Source of the DNA: Psammoneis japonica
Taxonomy: Eukaryota
NCBI GenBank assembly: GCA_008632985.1
Contig: QPGO01000022.1
Location: 682,001 to 746,000 of the forward strand
DNA length: 64,000 bases
Direction: 5' to 3'
Shown here: positions 59,051 to 64,000 of the stretch, piece by piece
Position numbering within the stretch: the first letter of the stretch is position 1
Layout: each line of letters starts with the position of its first letter
The notes under the pieces: model-generated
Told to the model about the DNA's origin: nothing
The model's database searches: none
Seen by the model: only the letters and a program-made list of their open reading frames with translations
Made by a program: the position numbers and the translations under genes

Positions 59051-60799
59051 AACCATGGTGGACAACAATCCCAGGGTCAATCTCTTGCCCTTGAACTGGC
59101 TGGAAATCAGCTGCATCAGCTCAGGCAAAAGCATTGAGCCAACATCAATGTAGAGGCAGTTGTCATTGGGAAAACCCAACTCAGCTGCTTCATCAATTGT
59201 CATGTGGAAAAACCTTCTCCAAGAAACATCTCCTCCATCTGATGCATGGAGTGGCTGTCAAAGTTGTCAGAGGCACTGTCATTGTTGGAAAATCATGAAT
59301 GTGATGAGCTGACCAACAACTGAAACTCCAATCTGCAATTGATGTGTGTCAATGAGCCACAAACCAACAAAACACAAAATCTGCATTGTGAGTTCTGCCA
59401 CTTTTCCTCCTTGCACCTCTGGCAACAAGCTGGGCATGGCCTCCAGCAGCAAAGTGCAGAGCATCTCTCATGCATCATTTGAACATTGGCTCCAACATGG
59501 CCAGCTGGTTTTGCAGTCTGCATGTCAAGAGTGAACAAGGCACTCATCAACTGAGTCAAACAAACATGTGCCTTGTCTTTCACCAAATGGCAGCTGTCAA
59601 CTGTTGAGTGGTTTGCCCTTGTTGCCTCAATTTCTGTGTCAAAATGCTGCATGCCAGCTTCTCCTGGCTCCAAGAGTCACAGCCGGAAATGTTGTCATCA
59701 TGCAAGAGTCCTGCAGATCCAGCCACTGCCTCTGAGAGCAAAAAATGAAGCTTCTCCAGCTGCAGCTGCCTGAGTCCCAAACAGCAACACTGGAAGCTCC
59801 AACTCTGGGAGGACAACACACCATCCAACAGAGACCAGACATTTGTGCTTTGTTCTGTAAATGCAAGAAATGTCCAATGAAAAGATGTTGCCATTTGCCA
59901 CTCAAAGCTGTCTTGGGAGACAGCAGCTGCTTGCAAGCTGCAGTGTGTCTCATCTGGGTTGATGAAAATGACAAACCACCAGCCCTCCATGATGAAATGT
60001 GCTGCCACAATTGGGGAGTCACCGCTCTTTAATGTCTTGAACAAATTGAGCAATGTTTAGAAAGTTGAGTGGTGTGTCAAAATGTCTCAGACTTTTGTGT
60101 GGGAGGCACACTTTGCTTTCTGGATGCTGGCTTTTGGTGTTGCAGTTTTGCAATGGTGGCCCATCTCTGAACCCAAAAGGTGCCATGTGACATGCCCTCT
60201 TCCAGGGAATCCATTGGAGCTGCTCTGTCTTTGACAAGGCATTCTTGGTGTTTGTCACATGTGGCAGTGAGTTTGGCCTCTGCTTGTCAGCATTGAGAGG
60301 ATGTGCAAGTGTCTGCATTGTGCCCATGAACTGCCTTGCTGTGCTTCTTCTCCCAGAGTTCCCACCATGACCTCCATGTGTGCAATCCTGTCTGAACTTC
60401 CCACACAGAGTGAGGACAGTTCTCTCTGCAGCACTGTTCTAGAAACCCAACTCACAAAGATGCAGCTCCTGGAAGGTGTTCCACAAAGTTGAGTGACAAC
60501 CATTTTGAACAAATGCCATCAGCTGTGGATGAAGCACACAGGGCATGCATTGGATTTGCAGACCATCTTACAATGAAGCCATGCCTCAAGAGAAGACAAA
60601 AGAAAATCCCATGATGCAGGCATGGCATCAATCTCATCACAGTGCTTGCAAAGGTGCCATTGAAGAAAAGCACATTGCCATGCTTTGTTGTTTGGACATT
60701 CAAGTGTGTGGCCCCTGCTGTCCTCTGTGGGTTGCTCACATGCAAGGCAAGAATCTCAATTGCAGGGAGTGATTCATGAGTTGGCTTGGCTGTTGACAC

Positions 60800-61560
60800 A
60801 TGCTTCTCAGGAAATCATTTTGGACACAAGGTTTGTGCACATGCTCTGGTTGATCTTGTTGGCAGCTGATTCATCCCAGCAGTTGTTTTGTTCAAGGAAA
60901 CACTCCATGAGGGCAGGGGCCACAGCTGTGCAATGGACTGTTGCTTTTAATCTGGCTGCAACCATGCCATCCAACAGGCTGAGATGCAATTGGCAATGGA
61001 GAAAGGGCATCATTTGGGCTGCATCCAACATGCATTGACCTTGGCATTGACCTGCCAATTTGTCTGCATGTGCATCAACCCATGTGTTCAGGGGAAGAGA
61101 TGATGCTGGAGAGCACATCAATCCTGATGGCTCTTGACCCACAGTGTGTTTGGCACTTGGTCTGGAGCAGAAGTGTCTGCAAACAAAGCAATTTCAGTGA
61201 AAGTCTGACAGATTTCATTGACAACATCCTGGTCCAACAACAAGACATTGGCACAGTGATGCCAGAGATTGAAGTCTTTCTCTGGACATTCTTGATCAAG
61301 GGGGTTGACATTTGGTCTTGAGATGGACAGGCAAAGAAGGACATTCACCAGTGCATGGTCATCACACCAGTTGTCTGTGCCTTTGCAGATTTCAATCTGA
61401 CAGGATTCCAGGACCCCTCCTGACACACAAACCACAGAAGGGAGAGTGCACCACAAGCTTCCACACCATGTGAAGCAAGATGAAGAACAACCAAAAGCCA
61501 ACCCAGCACAATCTCAGCTAAAGGAACACTGTCAAACACATGCATTCATCACTCCCAAGA
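60800..61560 (-). pseudogene. RNase H-like relic of a non-LTR retrotransposon
   Basis: Ordered fragments GWL, SHGVEACGALSLL (cf. S.RAE.YG.L), WCDD..LV, WVKSHQD, LN..VD..ADKLA in shifting frames. Confidence 0.55.
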
Positions 61561-63268
61561 GATGCAGCATGATTGGACACCAGGCTGCCAACCAAAAAGT
61601 CATGGAGGAGGGAAGCATGAAACTCCAGATCAAAGAAGACATTAGATTCTCAAGCCAAGGAGGGAGGGCACAAGCAAAAACAAAAGCAACACCCCAAGAA
61701 AGGCTGCTGTGGTGCAACAACAAAAGAACAAGGTGTGCTGTGCTGTTGCAGGCAATGGACACAGTGCAGCATCCAGAGCAAATCTTCCAAAAACTGCAGG
61801 AGTGCTGCAGCAGAACTTGAGATCTAACAAAAGAGGGCAAAGCAGCTGTGAACAACTTTCAGTGGCAGAGTTGAGAGGAAAGAAAAAGAGCAAGTCTCTT
61901 TGCCTGTCTGGAAAATGTTGTTGCCATTGTTCAGAGTTGATCTGTGCTTGACAAGGAGCCTGTGTGTTCTCAACAAGTTCTCCTTGAGTGTGTGATCAAA
62001 GCATTGTTGACAATCAAGCAAATCAGCCAAGTGGGAAACTGGGCTTGATGAAATCTGGTTTGACTGTGCAGGAGATGGATTTTGCACATCATGTTTGCAA
62101 TGCAATCATTGTGAGTGTTGTTGTGTCAACAATTGAGCCAGTTGGCAAAACAGAAACAACAACAAATGACACATGTCACTTGTCAGTTGTTGATTTTAAC
62201 AACAGTGCATGTGAACAAATTGCTGACATGGCTCAGAACAACCACACAAATCAATCTCATCCACTCTCTTTTTCATTGGCTGTGTGAGTTTTTAATGGTG
62301 TGTCAACTGTTTCTCCTCTGCACACCTTCTTGTTGTGCCTGCTCCCTTGTCTTTGCTCTGTTGTTTCTTTTTGTTCTCCAAACTGTCTTTTGCTGTCCTG
62401 CATGGCCTTGCATCTTCTTGATCTTGGGTGTGTTGGTGTTTGTGCTCCAATTGGTGTCATGCTCCTGTTTTTTTTCTTTTTCAACAAGAGTCAGTTTCAG
62501 TGCATGTCATTTGTTGTGTGAGGGAGGCCAAAAAGCAATGCCTGCAAGAAGAAAGCACAGAAGTCTCAAGTTTTGCATGTTTGGTTGGCAACCATTTCAC
62601 AATGATGTTGCTTTCACTCACCTTTGTGCAACATGACAGTGAGGTGTTTTCTGCACATGCAAGTCATTGTTGCAAGAACATCTCCGACTGTCAAGGATTG
62701 GCAAAAAAATCAGTTTTTTGCACCATTCTGAAAGCTGCCTGTTTTTGCACTGCACTTCTGACTGCACGCCTTTCTCATCTCTTTTCTTCATTTGGATGTT
62801 GTTCAGCACAGTCCCAGGCTGTTTTTGGGCTTTGTCAGTGCCTTCTTGCAACACTGTCATTGTGCACAGGATGCATCCTGTGTTTTGTGTGGCACCAGTG
62901 ACAATGGTGTTTTTTGGCATGATGCCAAGCCAGTTGACCTTGTGATCATTGTCAGCATCATTTTGCAAGTGGCAATTTTGTCAAAAAGCCTTTCACTCAG
63001 TCTCACCCCCCCCATCTCACTGCATGGCTTGCAAACACATTGTTGATGCTGTCAATCACTGCCACCATGTCAGCCAGGTGCAGAAGCTAAAAAGTGAGCA
63101 CAAGATTTGCAACTCAACAGGAGCTGCAAATGCAAACTTGTCACATTGTCCTCAATTGTCAGTGCATCTCCTTTTCACTGTGCAACTTTGTCTGTGTCTG
63201 TCCTGCAAAACCTTCCTCCAAGCCCAATGTTCCTTCCCACAAGCTTCAATTGATTGGTCTCATGTGCA

Positions 63269-63732
63269 TCAAGCAAAGGAAAGTGACGCTTGGAATCCAT
63301 GCCACCTGACACCACCACATTGACCACTCCATTGATTCCTGTGGTCTGCATCATCCAACTCTGCCAACAATTGATCATTGTCAGGCCAACCCTTTCTCAC
63401 ATGCCCAACCTCATTGCATTTCCAACATCTTGTCTGCCTCTTCTTCTTGATCTGCACAAAACTTGCATCATCAGGTTTCTTGTTGGCCACACAGGCATCC
63501 AACACCTGCAGTGCCTCCTTGGCTGAATTGGGAAAAATGTCAACCCCAATGTGAGCTGCTGATGTGGATCTTTCAAGACATGCCAATGTTTCTCAGCACC
63601 TTCCATCAGCGCCACTGCTGACAACTTGTTTGTTTGTTTTTTGTCATGGGCATCATCAGCATCCTTGCTGATCCCATTTTTTGGCAATTTCTTCCAGGAT
63701 GATCCTGCCACAAGATGTTTCCACCACTTCAA
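63269..63732 (-). pseudogene. Second gag/CCHC relic homologous to 44310..44618
   Basis: HVLKD.H.QLTLG / GVDIFPNSAKEA..VLD.C..NKK...ASFVQ...CWKCNEVGHVRKGW. Confidence 0.65.
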
Positions 63733-64000
63733 CCAAGCTCATCAACCAACCACAATGACATTGAAGTGCCTCTCTCTTTCACATTGATGAATGAAGACTG
63801 GCTGCTTCCAAGCCTTGACCACCTGGACATGTGGACTTGGGGTCGTCTTCTCATTTGCATCAAACAAAATTGACTCAAGAACATCCAGCAGCACCACCAC
63901 ATTCCTCACTCCTTTGCAACTCTTGTGAACTCTGTTGCTCTTTTTCAAGTTTATGATGAGAGGTCTATGTGCATTGCCTCGCAACAACTTCAAATGCCTT

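Larger units (their letters stand above)
56340..64000. mobile_element. Large degraded repeat block (non-LTR and LTR relics), TpA- and CpG-depleted; continues past the window end
   Basis: Near absence of TA and CG over 7.6 kb; RNase H-like and gag relics; degenerate tandem repeat. Confidence 0.78.

Overview
Eukaryotic genomic DNA, most likely from a diatom. This is inferred from short GT-AG introns, signal-peptide+AF/ASF plastid-targeting N-termini and compact gene spacing. Host genes lie at about 1-23 kb, 37.6-42.2 kb and 47.9-56.1 kb: a repeat-rich NTF2/SnoaL-like protein, a METTL21-type methyltransferase, a Wee1/Myt1 kinase, NDUFB9, MsrB, adenylosuccinate lyase, thioredoxin, an alditol-oxidase-like flavoprotein, an amino-acid transporter, RBMX2, an arylsulfatase, a Tcp11-like protein, and a duplicated MFS + SAICAR synthase pair. 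Two things stand out. (1) A ~14-kb Helitron-type region (Rep HUH + PIF1) carries a cluster of apparent chromatin/DNA-modifying genes: a TET/JBP-like 2OG-Fe(II) dioxygenase, a DOT1-like methyltransferase and a SET-domain protein. (2) The large transposon-derived blocks (17.7-18.9, 23.4-37.3, 42.6-47.7, 56.3-64 kb) are sharply depleted of TpA, conserved Tyr codons read as Cys/His (including both Rep catalytic tyrosines), and surviving TAs are mostly in YTAR context. This suggests a repeat-targeted A-to-G (TAY>TGY) hypermutation, opposite in direction to fungal RIP. All family calls come from motif recognition by eye; no searches were run. Several host frameshifts look like homopolymer sequencing errors.
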